From Podarcis vaucheri (taxonomy: Eukaryota), in assembly GCA_965113315.1 (NCBI GenBank), contig OZ220370.1: a stretch of DNA of 64,000 bases; one strand, given 5' to 3'. The position numbers and the translations under genes were made by a program. Numbering within the stretch: position 1 is the stretch's first letter; each line of letters begins with the position of its first letter. Below the pieces are notes generated by a model. It did not search any database. It was not told where the DNA came from and saw only the letters and a list, made by a program, of their open reading frames with translations. Shown in pieces: positions 1-13,408 of the stretch.

Positions 1-1254
1 TTAGATTTATAGGTGAATGCAAGGCTTAAATAGCAGATGTTTCCCCCTTATTTATCTCCCTGGCAAAGATGTGAGATTCCTTGTTCACGGGGCCAGGCTC
101 AAGCACTAGCACTCCAGCTCTGCCTTTTACTTATGAGCTTGTAAAGCAGGAGCCTAGATACCAGTAAAAGAAAAGTAACCTTTTACCCTTCTAGGCATGT
201 CAAGAACTATTCACATTGGTAGGTGTTGTTTATAGGCAAATGAATGTTACCTTAACACAGCAAGATTTGAGTTTTCCTAAAAGTCAAACTACAACTGAAT
301 CCAGGCTCATGTACACATATTTCAGTCTAATCAAATTTTCACTCTCTTTTTAACAGTGTTCTTCATGAAAGGGGAACTGAAGTGTGGAAGGAGCAATATT
401 TTATTATTTGTTAGACTTATTAGTCACTTGTTACAGTAAGTTCTCCAAGCGACTTACAGCCTATTCAGAAACATTATAAGTAAGTAAAAAGGCATTATAA
501 TATTAATACATTCACACAAAACCGCATACAATTCATAAATATCACACAGACACGGAGAAACACACAAATACACGAAGCAACCCTCTCCCTACATAGCAGC
601 AGAAAACTTAAGCAGCACACAACGTTACCATCTCAGTCCAACAAAAGCCTGGGGAAAAGGTAAGATTTTACCTTGCACCAAAAATATGTCAGAGAAGGTG
701 CCAGGTTGCAGTGAGCTCAGGCATTATCTAGTCAAGCAAAGGTTGCGAACTCTCTTCAAACCTGAAAAACCCTCTTCAGACCTTCACACCAAAGGTCTGA
801 AGAGCAGTCCCCATGTTTGGGGAAATGTATGCCCTTGCCCCCATTTACTCTTTGAACATTGTGTGCTCATACAAATGCTGGGGAATTCTTTCAAATAAGG
901 AATACCCTTCCTTTTTCCTGAACTGGAACCCATAGTGACTGGCATGGTAGGGCTATTCCAGTCACCTGACCTCCCTCTGGCTGAGTCACTGATGTACATA
1001 TGTTGGGATGGAGAGAGGCTGGGGTAGTAGAAACAAGCTGGTGGGAGCACCAGATGGTCTCTGACAGCACATTGGCAGCATGCTGACCTTGCTGCCAATG
1101 GACTCCTGTCCCTCTCAATCCCAGTACGCAGGGGTAACTTAGCCAGAAGGAGGTCAGAGAAGTGAGGCAGCTCCACCACACCATCTGCTACTGCCTGGAA
1201 CACAGGAAGCTGACTGAAACATCGGAGCTGGCCTTTACTGCAGTGGCTCCCCAT

Positions 1255-1490
1255 TTGTGGAATGGCCTCCCCAGGGAGGCTTGTCTGGCACCGTCATTAT
1301 ATATTTCTAACATTCTTCTTCAACTAGGCCTTTGACAGATTAATATTCTACAACTGTTCAAATGTCTTTGCGGGAGGGGGGTTATTGTTTTGTTGTTTCT
1401 GTTTTACCTGTTTGCTTGTGTATTTATCTTGTGAACCGCCCTGAGATATTTGGATGAAGGGCAATATATAAATCTAACAAACAAACAAAT
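1255..1490 (+). mobile_element. L2 LINE 3' end fragment
   Basis: tgtggaatggcctccccagggagg...gtgaaccgccctgagatattggatgaagggcaatatataaat followed by an (AAAC)n tail; typical lizard L2 3' end. Confidence 0.65.
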
Positions 1491-1491
1491 C

Positions 1492-1657
1492 AAGTTGCCT
1501 TATACTGAGGTAGACCATTCATCCCTTTAGCTGCCTATTGGTTACTCTGAAGGGCAGCAGCTCTCGGGGGTCTCAGTGAGGAGCCTTACCTGGAGACAGC
1601 AGGCATTGTACCTGGGCCCTTCCAGGAAGACGCTCTGCCGCTGAGCTGTGGTCCTCT
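1492..1657 (-). mobile_element. tRNA-derived SINE with CR1-like 3' tail (degenerate)
   Basis: aagttgccttatactgaggtagacc...gctctgccgctgagctgtggtcc; related pieces near 12915-13040, 13675-13733, 41450-41500, 47972-48180 and 56505-56715. Confidence 0.55.
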
Positions 1658-3567
1658 TTGTGCCTGCGAACTTTACTTAAGTAGGTTATCCACCACTTCC
1701 TAGGTCTCCTCTGTCCACCATCAATGCTACAAAGCGGAGCTGGGAAGAATGTCCTGTGGTCTTTGAGCCCCACAACAACCACACAGACCTGCCCTTGGAT
1801 GCTGTAGCCACACCTTGACCCCACCATGATATCTGTACCACTTACACTCTTTACAGGAAGGCATGCTATTTGCTGTGGGGTTGGAACCTGGAACTGCTGT
1901 ACAGTATAGCCCTATTTGGAAAGTCTTTTCTGTGGGTATGGTTAACAAATGGATGGGGAGGGACCCCCATCTCCTGGTCCCTGACATGGCATGTCCCTCC
2001 AAATCCACCTGCGCCCTTCCAGGTCCTGCTCAAACATTGCATATACCCTCGCAGCTCTACCCTTACAAGCCAAGCTCAATGCACAGGACGTAGGGAATGC
2101 AATGGGGAGGGGGACCATGTAAGCACTAAGCGCTGAGGACAGTTCCTGAATTTGCCTTAAGCAGGTTACCACTTACAGGAATCTGCTGCAGAAACAATAT
2201 TGACCCAACTCTGTTGTAAAGCCGCATCCATCCAGGTCTGAAGCCATGTCTTCCTTGTGCCATTATGAATATTTAGACCATTATGTGCAGAGATATGATG
2301 GCAACCTCTGGATTTCCTCAAAGCTCTGCTGCTTTTAATTTCTCTAAGGAGCAAGGAATTTTCCCCTTTGTGGCGAAGAGGTTTGACTTAACTGTTCTTG
2401 TTGGTGGGAGGAAATATTTGCGCAATTAATTATTGACCCAAATGCCCCTTCGGCGGTTCCTGTGCTGTGCCTAGTGCTCCAGAATCCCCCTCCCCTCCCT
2501 GCCTTGGATATTTTACTGAGAAAAACATGCAGTTAACATTCATATGAGCTGGAATCCAATAACCCAGAGCCTTGTGTATAAGAATAAAATGTTAAGAAAG
2601 AAAAGAAACCCCCCCACCACACTCAGACTTTCTTTTAAAAGGGGAGCAAACACAACTGTTTCTTATAATGTTCATGTTACATAAGTGATCACCCCAACTC
2701 CTGAGAAACTGTTATAATATATGCAAAGTTTACAGTACAACAGCAATACTCGTAGCTGGCTACTGACTTCAGGGTAGGAGGAGGGGAGCATGTTCATTTG
2801 AAAGGGGTCAAGGAGTGCCACGACTCCAGTCTTCCACACCCTGGTGCCTTTAAATACATTTTTAGAAGTCTTATCATGTTTAGTAACCAGCATGTTCCGG
2901 TTAAAATCCTAAAGGAGCTTAAGGGGAAGTCTTTTAATATTAGAATTCAAAGCCATGCATCAAAGTGAAGCGAGATAAAATAATTAAAGAGAAACTGCTC
3001 TCTGATTTAGAGTTAAATTGCAGCTCTTCCAGGAAGAATACGGAATGAACAGGGAGTTTTCTGGATAGGATCACAACCGTCAGAGTATTCCTTGGCATAG
3101 GCACCCCAACTTTCTAGCTATGCCTCCAACATCCCACTGATCAAAATAGGGGAGCTCGTTTTTTTGTGTCCAGTCAGCTGACTCGCGACAGAGTGCCAGG
3201 CCAGAAAATGGGACATTCCAGGATTCAACCAGAAGCCGGGATAGCTTCTGTCATTCAGGGGTGTCCTGCTCAATTCAGGATGGTTGAACAGCATGCCTTA
3301 GTAGCGGATTGAGCTGCAGTAGTTCTCAGGTGAGGATGATTCCCACAATGCTGGGAATGCCTCGTGTGCTCATTCCTGATTAACATCAGGACAACCCTCG
3401 AAGGTAGGTAAGGTTGAAGTCTGAGACCATCCTGTAAATTTCATAGCTGGGAAGATTTGAACTCAGGTGTCCCTGGCTCAGGTCTGGCATTCTGTTTATT
3501 TGTTTGTTTATTTATTTAACAGTTTAAACAATTTGCACACGGCAAATTGTCGTCTCCAAGTGGTGTA

Positions 3568-3809
3568 CAGTAGTACCTCGGGTTACATACGCTTCAGGTT
3601 ACATACGCTTCAGGTTACAGACTCCGCTAACCCAGAAATAGTGCTTCAGGTTAAGAACTTTGCTTCAGGATAAGAACAGAAATCGGGCTCTGTCGGCGCG
3701 GCAGCAGCAGGAGGGCCCATTAGCTAAAGTGGTGCTTCAGGTTAAGAACAGTTTCATGTTAAGAACAGACCTCCGGAACGAATTAAGTACTTAACCCGAG
3801 GTACCACTG
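3568..3809 (+). mobile_element. Tc1/mariner-superfamily (Tigger/pogo-like) MITE, copy 1
   Basis: TIR cagt(a/g)gtacctcgggtta ... taacccgaggtaccactg, TA on both flanks, repeated internal cttcaggtta motif. Confidence 0.9.
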
Positions 3810-4145
3810 TACAGGAACCCCAATACAATGAGGCTAAAATGAGTCAAAATTATAAAATCAAAACTCAGTGAAGAAGTCTGTTGGAATAACAACAGCAACA
3901 GAAGTATTCAGTAGGCACTGGGAGTTCAACAGGACATCAGCTGGAAGGGAGTTCCATAAAATTGGGCCCATGGTAATGAACACATGGCTCTTTGTGGATA
4001 TGAGCTATGAGGAACAACTACCAGTGACTCCCCCAAAGACCTCAGTGACTGAGCAGGGATACAACGGATCGGGCTTTGACATGTTGTTTGGCCTTCTTCA
4101 GTTAACTATACAGTAAATTCCGATAGCTCCAATCAATGCATTATA

Positions 4146-4387
4146 CAGTGGTACCTCAGGTTACATTTGCTTCAGGTTACATACGCTTCAGGTTACAGAC
4201 TCCGCTAACCCAGAAATAGTGCTTCAGGTTAAGAACTTTGCTTCAGGATGAGAACAGAAATCGTGCTCCGGCGGCGCGGCAGCAGCAGGAGGCCCCATTA
4301 GCTAAAGTGGTGCTTCAGGTTAAGAACAGTTTCAGGTTCAGAACAGACGTCCGGAATGAATTAAGTACTTAACCCGAGGTACCACTG
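4146..4387 (+). mobile_element. Tigger/pogo-like MITE, copy 2
   Basis: Near-identical to 3568-3809; TA TSD; same TIRs. Confidence 0.9.
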
Positions 4388-5383
4388 TACTTTTATAGAT
4401 TTGAGACAGTTCCTTCATCACATTTCAATAACTTTCCCCCAATCAACTTTACAAAAACATAGATTTGACATCAGTTACACAAACTTTAATGTAGGAAAAT
4501 GTAAATGGGGCAACATTCTGCTGATACTGCCGTAATGCGTATCTGCCCTTTCGCAAGAGGTCTTCTTTATGGCTTTGTGTGTTGGTGTTAGTCACTTCAC
4601 AGATGTCAGTCCACAGCTCACTGTGTAAAGCTGATGAGTCAGGAAGGAGTTTTACTAGCAGGCGGCATTTGGAGTATTTAAATAAATGAACAGAAGAGAT
4701 GCTTGTTCTGTGCATTGGGTTGATAATAAGAAGCATTAATTTTTATTTCACTCTCTGTCCAAACATAGCTTTTATGGACTAATAAAAGGCACATTTTATA
4801 AGTTCACACACACACAAAAACAGAGCACAGAGAAGCTGAAATGCCCTTACCCTGTAGGAAAGATTTACACATTCGGAAGCAGCAGGATTTTCGAAATAAA
4901 TGCAACATGTCAGAGTGATGCTGATAACCATTTTGCCACACATTTTCTTGCATGGTAAAATTGCCCTCACTACTTGGCAGCTTAATACACTGAGTTGATG
5001 CAAATGGCCATTTTGCAGCACAGTTGACTAGACATCTGCACCTACAGCTAACTTGCAGGTCTGGGCTCAGGCAGTTAACTTACTACGGGTGTTGTCCTAT
5101 ATCCCCCTGTACCTGAGAGTCAGCTCTATTGAACCCAACAGTGCTTACTTCTTTGTCCGGAGTGGGGGCCCCTGGGGTTTTCCAGTTGTTACAGGGCTGC
5201 AAATCTGGCCACCCCTTCTCGTTGGCCATGCTGGCTGCTGCTGGTGGTGGGAGTCGGCATCCAACAGCATGTGGAGGGGCACAGCTTCCCTTTGTCACCT
5301 TGGTAAATGGTTGCCTGTGGCCTCTAGAAGACTTGGAAAGATACTATATTGGGAAGTTTTTAATGTGTAATGTTTTCTTGTGG

Positions 5384-5862
5384 TGTCAGGGGCTGGGCAG
5401 AGGAGGAATGGTGGAGACTGCATCCCCATCCTGACACTTCCAGGAGGAAGGAAGACAGTATAGATTTACAAGAGGGGTTTGAGGGAGGTCACAGCTCAGA
5501 GGCAGATGAGGGGAAAAGTTGGGAAATCATGGGAGAGCCAGAGCTGACATGTTGTCATTAGAGAGCATTCCAGATCCTCCATCTCCCAGAACCCGACGAG
5601 CCTTAAAAGTAGGAGAGCAAAGAGTTCAAAGACACAGAGCACATAGCAGCACCCGTACAGATGATGATGATGATGATGAATGAGGAAGTGGGAGAGATGT
5701 GTGTGGGGTGGAGATTCACTCCGGACAATGCCATTATCCAAGAGACTGGGTCCTATAGCCTCGCTCTGTAAAGTCAGAAATAAAAAAGGACTGTAAGAAA
5801 CTTTTCCTTGTCTTTATACTTTCCTGGGCAACCAGCCAGGAGCCGCTGGCAACATCCTGACA
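5384..5862 (+). mobile_element. Probable solo LTR
   Basis: Termini tgtcagg...cctgaca (TG..CA inverted), internal AATAAA near 5779; no clean TSD. Confidence 0.55.
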
Positions 5863-6619
5863 AGGGAGTGAGGGCTGGGTGAAGCACAGAGGGTGCTCTT
5901 CTCCCTTTGTGCTCACCCAGCCCTTGCCGCTGGAGCCAGGCAGGGGGCGACGGGGATCTCTGCAGGGAGCGCCTGCTTTGTGCCCCCCTCCCCATTGTGC
6001 ACCCGAGGCAACGACCCCCCTGGCACCCTTGACGCTACACCAATGGCACCTCCATTTTCAGAGCGGCTCCAGGGTTGTAGCTGGTCCAGCCCAAGCACCT
6101 TTTTTCGTCAGGGGAAGTCTGGTGCTTTGGTGACCAGCTGTTAATCTAAGTAAGTGGTTTTGGCACTGTGGAAAGGAAACAGGACCGCACTAAACTCGCT
6201 GCGGTCAACTTGCAAGCAAAGATTCATCTCAGGCGGTTACTGCAATACTGGTCCTAGTAACCACAGAGAGATTTCTCCTCCTCCTGTGACGCTGCCTTCA
6301 GTTCTGCACATGTGTCACTATATGGCTTCATGGTGAGCTCAGGATCCCATTCTTGAAGGTCACAAATTTGTTAGCAGAAGTAGCAGACATCCCTTCAACT
6401 GAACACTCCCAAGCACAGCAGATTCTTCGTGTTCCCCTCAAGAATACATCATAAGTGAAGGCTGTATGGAACAGGGGAGCAGTAGCTAGGAAAGGTGTGG
6501 CACAGGACAGGGCTGTAGAAACTGTGTCCCTCCTTAGCCTGGCTAGAACTGTAGGAGCTGGAGTTCAACAACATCTGAAGGGCAACAGATCCCCCAGCCC
6601 TGGTGTAGCACTGACACAA

Positions 6620-6770
6620 TGACTGCTTGACCTTGGGCCAGTCACTGCCTCTCAGCCCAACCTACAGAGTTGTTGTGGGTATCAGATAAGGATGAGGAGA
6701 CCCATGCACACCACCTTGAGCTCCTTGGGGGGGGGGGTGAAGATGGAATATAAATACAATAAATAAATAA
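6620..6770 (+). mobile_element. MIR/CORE-type SINE 3' half
   Basis: gaccttgggccagtcactgcctctcagccc...gttgttgtgggt CORE motif and (AATA)n tail. Confidence 0.6.
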
Positions 6771-9700
6771 TCAAGAGTCTTGTTTATAAGGGCAAATGGA
6801 TTTATTGTGGCAGCAGCTTCTGTAGAAAAGATCTTACTTCATTAGATGACCCCACTAAAAAAAAAAAAATCATTAGGTGCCACAGCAATTTGGTCTTTTT
6901 GTGCATCAGAATTACGCCCCCCCCCCCCGGAAGTGGAGCGATCTATGTATTCGGAGGTTTTGCTCATTACAGTCACTAGATGGCGCTGCATGTTGTTTAA
7001 GGAATGGGGATTATGTTATATATCTTTGTATTTTTATATTGTAAACCACCCTGTGATCCTTGGATGAAGGGTGGTATATAAATTTAATAAATAATCACAA
7101 TCACAATCATAATCATCAACAACATTCCTAGCAATTTGAACCAACTTAGTCTGCCAGCCTTACCTAGCAGTGAACCTCTTTTGCATTCAACAGGACTTCT
7201 AAGTAGACATGGTTAGGATTGCATTCTTTGTACAGTTCCATTGTGGTCCCCTTCCCAGTTATGTTTTCAGCTCCAAACAACGGCAAGATTAATATTCCAT
7301 TAGTGGTTCATATGCGCATCTGAACGCAGACCAGAACTGATCGCCAAGGATGGAAACTGTAGTGTTAAGCTTTATGAAATGAATTAGAAGGGGCAGTTTA
7401 CTAGTACTGTGCAGAAAGGTAGCTATTAAGGTTGAAGTCCTAGGCACCCTTACTTTGGTTTAGGGGTGGATGAATCTCTCGATATGTGTTCTCTCCCTTT
7501 CTCATTTTTTCCCCAATCTTAAATTCAATTTCACACATTTCCAATAGCAAGTTGAGAATTTTAGTTAAAATAATCCCCCTGAAAATTCATCTGTATTTTA
7601 GTGCAGATTTCTCCTAATAAAAACCTTCCTTGAGTTCCAGTTCTAAATATCCCTCAACTTGAGATCCAGGTCTAGATCTATTCTGAATACCACAGAAATC
7701 CCAAGAGTCATTGTTTTCTCTTATGTTCCCTTAACAGACTGTTTGTGTAGCTAAGCCATTTATAAATCTATATAACTTGTAAATCTCCAGTGCCAGATGA
7801 GATAATAGACATAATCCCACTAAAGGATTTGGGTTATACCACTGCTTCCATCTGAATGTCATATGTGTTTTTAAAAGTCATTGAGTCATGATGGAACAGT
7901 GAAATGTGACCCTGGCCACCAGGATGGAATATACCATTGTGTTAAAAAAAAAGGCTTACGAAACACCCCCCCTATCCAGTATAATCCTGTAATCCTTAAA
8001 TGTTACAATGACCAGATTTCACTGTGGTCAATAATATTTTTGTAAACTGGGGTCAAAACGACCAAATCTATAAAGTGTCAGTTGCCTTAAACGACAATGT
8101 GTTCTAGAACAAGGCAATACTTCTCACAGGTAATTATAGTTTACAGTGCTGTAATTGGTAACAGATTCTTTAAAAGATTCTTTCAAAGATATAACAAAGA
8201 AAGCACCACTGTTAAGCATAGTTAAGGCAAAGGGAAGACTAGGGTATTTCAAACAACAAGAACAAACAGTGCCAACCCAAGATGTTATTCTGCCGTAAGC
8301 CGAACCCAAATTTCCTCTGTCCTGCCAATACTTTAAAGCAGCCTTTGCCAACATGGTGGCCTTCAGATTACTGGACTATAACTCCCATCAGCCCCTGCCA
8401 GCATGGCCAATGGTCAAGGATGATGGAAACTGTAGTCCTAAACAACTGGAGGGCACCAAATTGGTTAAGTTTGCTTTTAAAACTCTGGCTGCGCCACTGA
8501 GACTCCACTTCCTGCCTTCTTTCATGCTGCTGCCCAAAGCAGATAGTTTCAGCCTGCAAAATGGCAGAGCTGGCCCTGAAAGCAAGGCAATGTACCAGTG
8601 AACCCTTTCTGCTCTAAATTGCAAGCACAGGAGCTTGAATGCTATGCTGCAAGTGAAAAGAGCTGCGGGCAGAACTACACATTACACACGCATGCATGTC
8701 TTCAACACATGTGGCCCATTCAATGGGACGGGGGGGTGATGATGATGAGGTACTACTGCCTGCTTGCTTGCTGGCTCTCTGGTCGGCAAGCAAGCTGACA
8801 GTTAAAAGCAAGGATGAGGAAGGAGAACATCAGAGCGTGAGTGCTGGTGAGGAGGCAGACTTGCTGAGATGGGGGCCCCAAGGAAGACGTCTTCCCCAAT
8901 GGCCCTCCAAAACTTGTGGCCGATACTGGGTGGGTTTTCACTGCAGGAGCCACTGGGATTTGAGACTTGTATGAAGCTGAAAAATGGGAGAGAGGGAGGG
9001 AAGAGGCGCAGGGGTTTACATAAAGGTTCAAATGAGGTACTGGACGAAGGTGAGAGTCCCAAGGGACAGAGCCAGGGAGAGATAGGAAATGCTGTTTGAG
9101 GGCTATCTACTCGCCTATGCCTTCAGCTAGAGTCTGTTTTTTGCACACATGTCCCCAAACTGTGGTGAGCTTCTTTCTAAGAATAAAGAATACCCCTCAT
9201 TACCATTTGGGTAATAGTAATTTTAGCAATCCCTGCTTAGTTGTCATAAGCCGCAGCAGCATAATAATAAAGGGTATTTCCAGTTAGCTTCTCTAGATCT
9301 GGTGTTTACAGGAACATTGGCATGATGTACGAGCGGAACGTTTGGCTCCCGCGCATCACACAGCATGTTTCCAATATCAATGACACCCAGTTGTGTGATA
9401 CAATATTTACACAAAGACATATCCTGCTTAGCAGACACTGAATATTCATTGGAATAACACAGCTCATGATGAATTCAGGTGACATTACCACAGATGTCAC
9501 GTACAGTGTATTATTGTGAAATTATTAGTGTATTTACATTCTATTGAACCCTGCAATAATCATCTTTTTTAATTTCCTTTCCTGTGAGAATAACCAGTAG
9601 AGCAGTTAAAATATATGTGTTTGCTCTGTTTTAATGACACTCCGATCTCCATAGAAAGGGGGGTGGGAATCTATGTTCTCAAACCTAACCTGAGCTGACA

Positions 9701-10699
9701 TATTTTCTGCTTCAGTTCAGTTATTGAATGAAAAAGCAGAGTTCAGCTAACAATGACTTTTAGTACTGCGATGAACTAAATATTTCATGCCCCCTATAGT
9801 TTAGATTAAAATAGGGCTAAACCCAGCATTGAAAAGCATTCCCCATTTAAGAGAGGTTTTTTTTTTTTTAAGCAATAGCTTCGAAGGTAGTTGAAATGCT
9901 TGAGCTATTTAGGATGCATCTAGCCTTGCTTAGAATGGCCTTTGTTCACCCTCAGTGATATCAGCAAATAGCCAGTCTCACTGACAACGCACAGTTTCAT
10001 GATATCATAACATTTATAGTGTGAGCCTTGATTGGCTGGGATCACTCCCAGAAGAAGACGAAAACAAACCATGACCTAGAGGGGAAAGGTGCCAAACGCC
10101 AGCAGATATGCAGAACAAATGGCAGCAGACAGGATTGAAAAACTTCTTTAAAATATCTGAACATCTCCCCCATCTTGGAGAGGACCTTTGACCTGAAAAT
10201 CAAAGCAAGAGACTATTTGGTGCACCTGTAGATAAAAAAGGGAAAAGGCTACTGTATTACATTTAACCCCCCCCCCAAAAAAAAAAGAGAGAGAGAGAGA
10301 GAGAAAGGAAATGGGTGGGATGAATACAGAAAACCCCCAAATAAACTAGCAACTCTGATAAAGGAACAACAGAGAAAAGAACATTCTGCTTTGCAGAATA
10401 TATTTAACAAAACAAAGTCCTGCAGACACAGTTTTTCATTTTCAAAAGAACACATAATCTTCCTAAGCCTTTCCCCAACTTTGTAACATTGGATTCAAAA
10501 CTTAACATAAAACAAGACGATGAATGAAGTTTTCAATTTAGTTAATTTTTACTGTGAAAGCAGATTTGCATGTTCCAGCAAACCTCAACAAGTCCTGCTT
10601 TCAGTTTCTGAAACTCATGTGGTTGGATGGGACAAGGATAAAGATGTTGTGTTGTAAAAAATTTTATCAGTTACCCTGCAAGTGTCTGCAGAATGCCAC

Positions 10700-11212
10700 T
10701 CTCAGTTAATATCTCTATAAATGGTGGTGGGGAGGGGTGCTCATCATATCTGCTGATGACAACGAAGTTGACGGGCCAGCTAACAAAATGAACTTCAATA
10801 GATATCAATGGAAAGTTCTACATTTAGGTAGGAGGAATCAGTTGTGCACATGCAGCATAGAAGCTGCCTGGCTTGACAGCAAAACATGTGGAAAGTATGT
10901 AGGACGGGCTTTCCCAAACTTGGGTCTCCAACTACTGTTGGACTACAACTCCCATCATCAGTAGCTAGCAGGACCGGTGGTCAGGGATGGTGGGAATTGT
11001 AGTCCAATAATGGCTGGAGACCCAAGTTTGAGAAACACTGATCTAGGGTTGTTGTTTTTTAAGAAGACCACAAGCTAAAGATAAGGAAAGTGATGTGGCC
11101 GGGGGGGGGGGCGGGGAGGCTAATGAAATTCTAGGTTGCATTAACAGAGCTATAGTGTCCAGATCACAAGAAATTTCCTTACTGCTCTATTCTGCTTCGG
11201 AGTACTGTTTTG
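10700..11212 (+). mobile_element. CR1 LINE ORF2 (RT) decayed fragment, interrupted by a hAT MITE
   Basis: Translates to ...SADD...MNFNRYQWKVLHLGRRNQ...; after the MITE: DLGL...ANEILGCINRAIVSRSQE, all hallmark CR1 ORF2 motifs. Confidence 0.85.
10905..11040. mobile_element. Short palindromic hAT MITE
   Basis: tttcccaaacttgggtctcca...ggagacccaagtttgagaaacactg fold-back; imperfect 8-bp TSD atgtagga/atctaggg; same family as 48034-48169. Confidence 0.8.
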
Positions 11213-12265
11213 AGCACTAAATCACAGCCTAGTGCTGCTTTGCATATAACTTGCTTGCATGGCATCAAGCACAGGGATGCCCCATGTCCTGTATGTTGGT
11301 TATAATACAATGCTACTTACTTTCTTGTCTCATGCCAGCAGGGGGAGGGGACCCTGTGGATGCCAGGAAGGCCTCTGCAGGTTTGGGGGTGCACAGGTGC
11401 CTTACTGGTGTCTCCCGTTATAGCACCTATTTAATCAGACACATCCAAAGACAGATAAATGCAAGCATAAGATTTCCTTTGTGATTTCTGATCTGCCTGA
11501 TTGACCTTGATTGGAATGCTTCCTTTGTTCACTCTTGTCTTTCTTTCATTTTCCTAGGAGCTTTCTTTCTTCTTAAAGAAATTGCATAAATAAAGAATAA
11601 AAAGAGAGAGAAGTGGTTTGGATTTGAAGGCTGCGAACCTTTCAGCCGCATTCCCCACTCATCCCTATTAATGGCAGAGTGAGAAGATAGGAGAGGATGT
11701 CTGTCGGCACGAGGAGTAACTTTTTGGAGGGGTCGCCTTCTGAAATTCTCTGCCCATATGAACAGACTAAAGCAAAGAGCCAGAATCCCGCTCTCCGAAT
11801 GTCTGAATAATTCATGGGCATACTCCAGTCATTGCAACTATTCTGTTTTCCGTTCTCCTGCTCCTCTCTCTGCTCTTATTTACTCTGTCTGATTCCTGCT
11901 GCCTGTGACTGTCTGATCCACACTCGCCCCGAATACTGAACAGAGAATACTAATATTGTTGAGAAATGTTCCTTGCATGAATGCAGCCGCAGTGCCCTCA
12001 TATTTTATTGATTTGAAGTGGGCGTGGGCGTGCATGTGTATTAGAGGTTTGCTCGCTTTTTCCATAGTGCTGCAAAATATTATTCACATTTGTAATACTT
12101 TTGCCGTGCCGTCTCATTATTCTCCAATCCTTTCCCCTCTCCAGGTTTTGCATATGGATGCAAGATTCCAGGACAGCTCACATTCCAAAGGTGCTAAACT
12201 TTTGCAGCCCCCTCCGAGTTTCCAAAGGGGGCTGGCAAACTGCCCACCACCTTATTGCTTCTGGC

Positions 12266-12378
12266 AATAATAGTATAATAATTAATAATAATAATAATAA
12301 TAGCAACAGCAGCAGCGGCAGCAACAACAACAGCAATAGCAGCAGCAGCAACAACAATAACAACAATAGCAACAACAA
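12266..12378. repeat. Compound trinucleotide microsatellite (AAT)n-(AGC)n-(AAC)n
   Basis: Directly visible; abuts the L2 tail at 12379. Confidence 0.95.
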
Positions 12379-12490
12379 TTTTATTTGTACCCCACGTTGG
12401 GTGCCTTCCAGCAAACACAAGAACATAATAAAACATTAAACATTAAAAACTACCCTATACAAGGCTGCCTTCAGATGTCTTCTAAAGGTA
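12379..12490 (-). mobile_element. L2 LINE 3' end fragment
   Basis: Reverse complement of acctttagaagacatctgaaggcagcc..tgtatagg..gtttttaatgtt. Confidence 0.8.
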
Positions 12491-13335
12491 TGGCTAACAC
12501 ACCCTTATCCAGTAGCATTGCCGCGGACAATGAACAGTCTGAGTGCGCACACTCCACAAATTGCTGTTCCATATGCACACAGATGCTTGCTCCACTTTCA
12601 GAGGTGCATATCATGTTCCTCAGTTTTTGCAACCGAGAAGATTTCCAAAATACTGTCACAAGGAAGCCAAGGAAGCATTCACAGCATCTTTATTTGATTT
12701 AGCCATTAAGAGGTAGAACTTCCCTTTCATAAGTGACTTGCTCCTTTAAGAACCCCTTTGAGATCTGCTGTTACAAATAACTAGTGTTGTGCCTGGTAGG
12801 ACAACCCTGAACCAAGAAAGGAAAAGGAAACCAAATTTTGAGCCATGAGCAGAAGTGAGGCAGTGCCACAGGAGATAATGTGAACATACAGGCATTCTAG
12901 AGCAAATCACAGGGAGATAGGAATACTTAGTATATACTCAGTCAGATCACTAGTGCATCTTGCTTAGTGTTGTCTACACTTACGGACAGCAGTTCTCTCA
13001 GGTTTCAGACTGAGGTTGGAGATGTCGGGAACTAGGGATAGAAGGATCTGCCAATTTCTATGCTCTCAATTTCTCGTTTTCCCCATCTGATATTCAGTTC
13101 TCCACATTTTGCAGCAATCTGTGAATTCTGGGGCTTTCCACTTGTGAATGCCAACAGTAGCTTTCAACCTGCCTGGGTGCAGCTGGGGGACTCCGCCATG
13201 GCAGAGCCTCTCCTCTACCCACACTGCCTGTGATCCTCTCCCCTGGTAGATGCCAGCAGAGAAACACCTAGGCACCATCCTACGCTCCCCTCCAGCCATC
13301 AATGTCAGGGGGTTATGAATGCACTTAAGACAACG

Positions 13336-13408
13336 ACTGAGATAGCTCAGTCGGTAAGAGCATGAGACTCTCAATCTCAGGGTTGTGGGTTCAAGCCCCA
13401 CGTTTGGT
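13336..13408 (+). pseudogene. tRNA-Lys(CTT)-derived pseudogene or isolated SINE head
   Basis: tagctcagtcggtaagagcatgagactctcaatctcagggttgtgggttcaagccccacgtt closely follows vertebrate tRNA-Lys(CTT); anticodon reads CTC, acceptor stem is degraded, no T4 terminator. Confidence 0.8.

Noticed and set aside
8785-9200. Possible solo LTR (purine-rich, AATAAA near 9183); a similar stretch at 17375-17680
   Set aside because: Could not define TG..CA termini or a TSD
12145-12190. Possible small plus-strand exon after cctttcccctctccag
   Set aside because: Weak donor (AAG|GTGCTA) and unrecognised peptide
12101-12439. Poly-N/S, poly-L and poly-A ORFs (likewise poly-I/Y/L at 24357-24854, 38067-38345, 53808-54018)
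   Set aside because: Translations of trinucleotide microsatellites
13336-13408. Functional tRNA gene
   Set aside because: Acceptor stem is mostly wobble or mismatch, there is an extra base in the D loop, and there is no Pol III terminator
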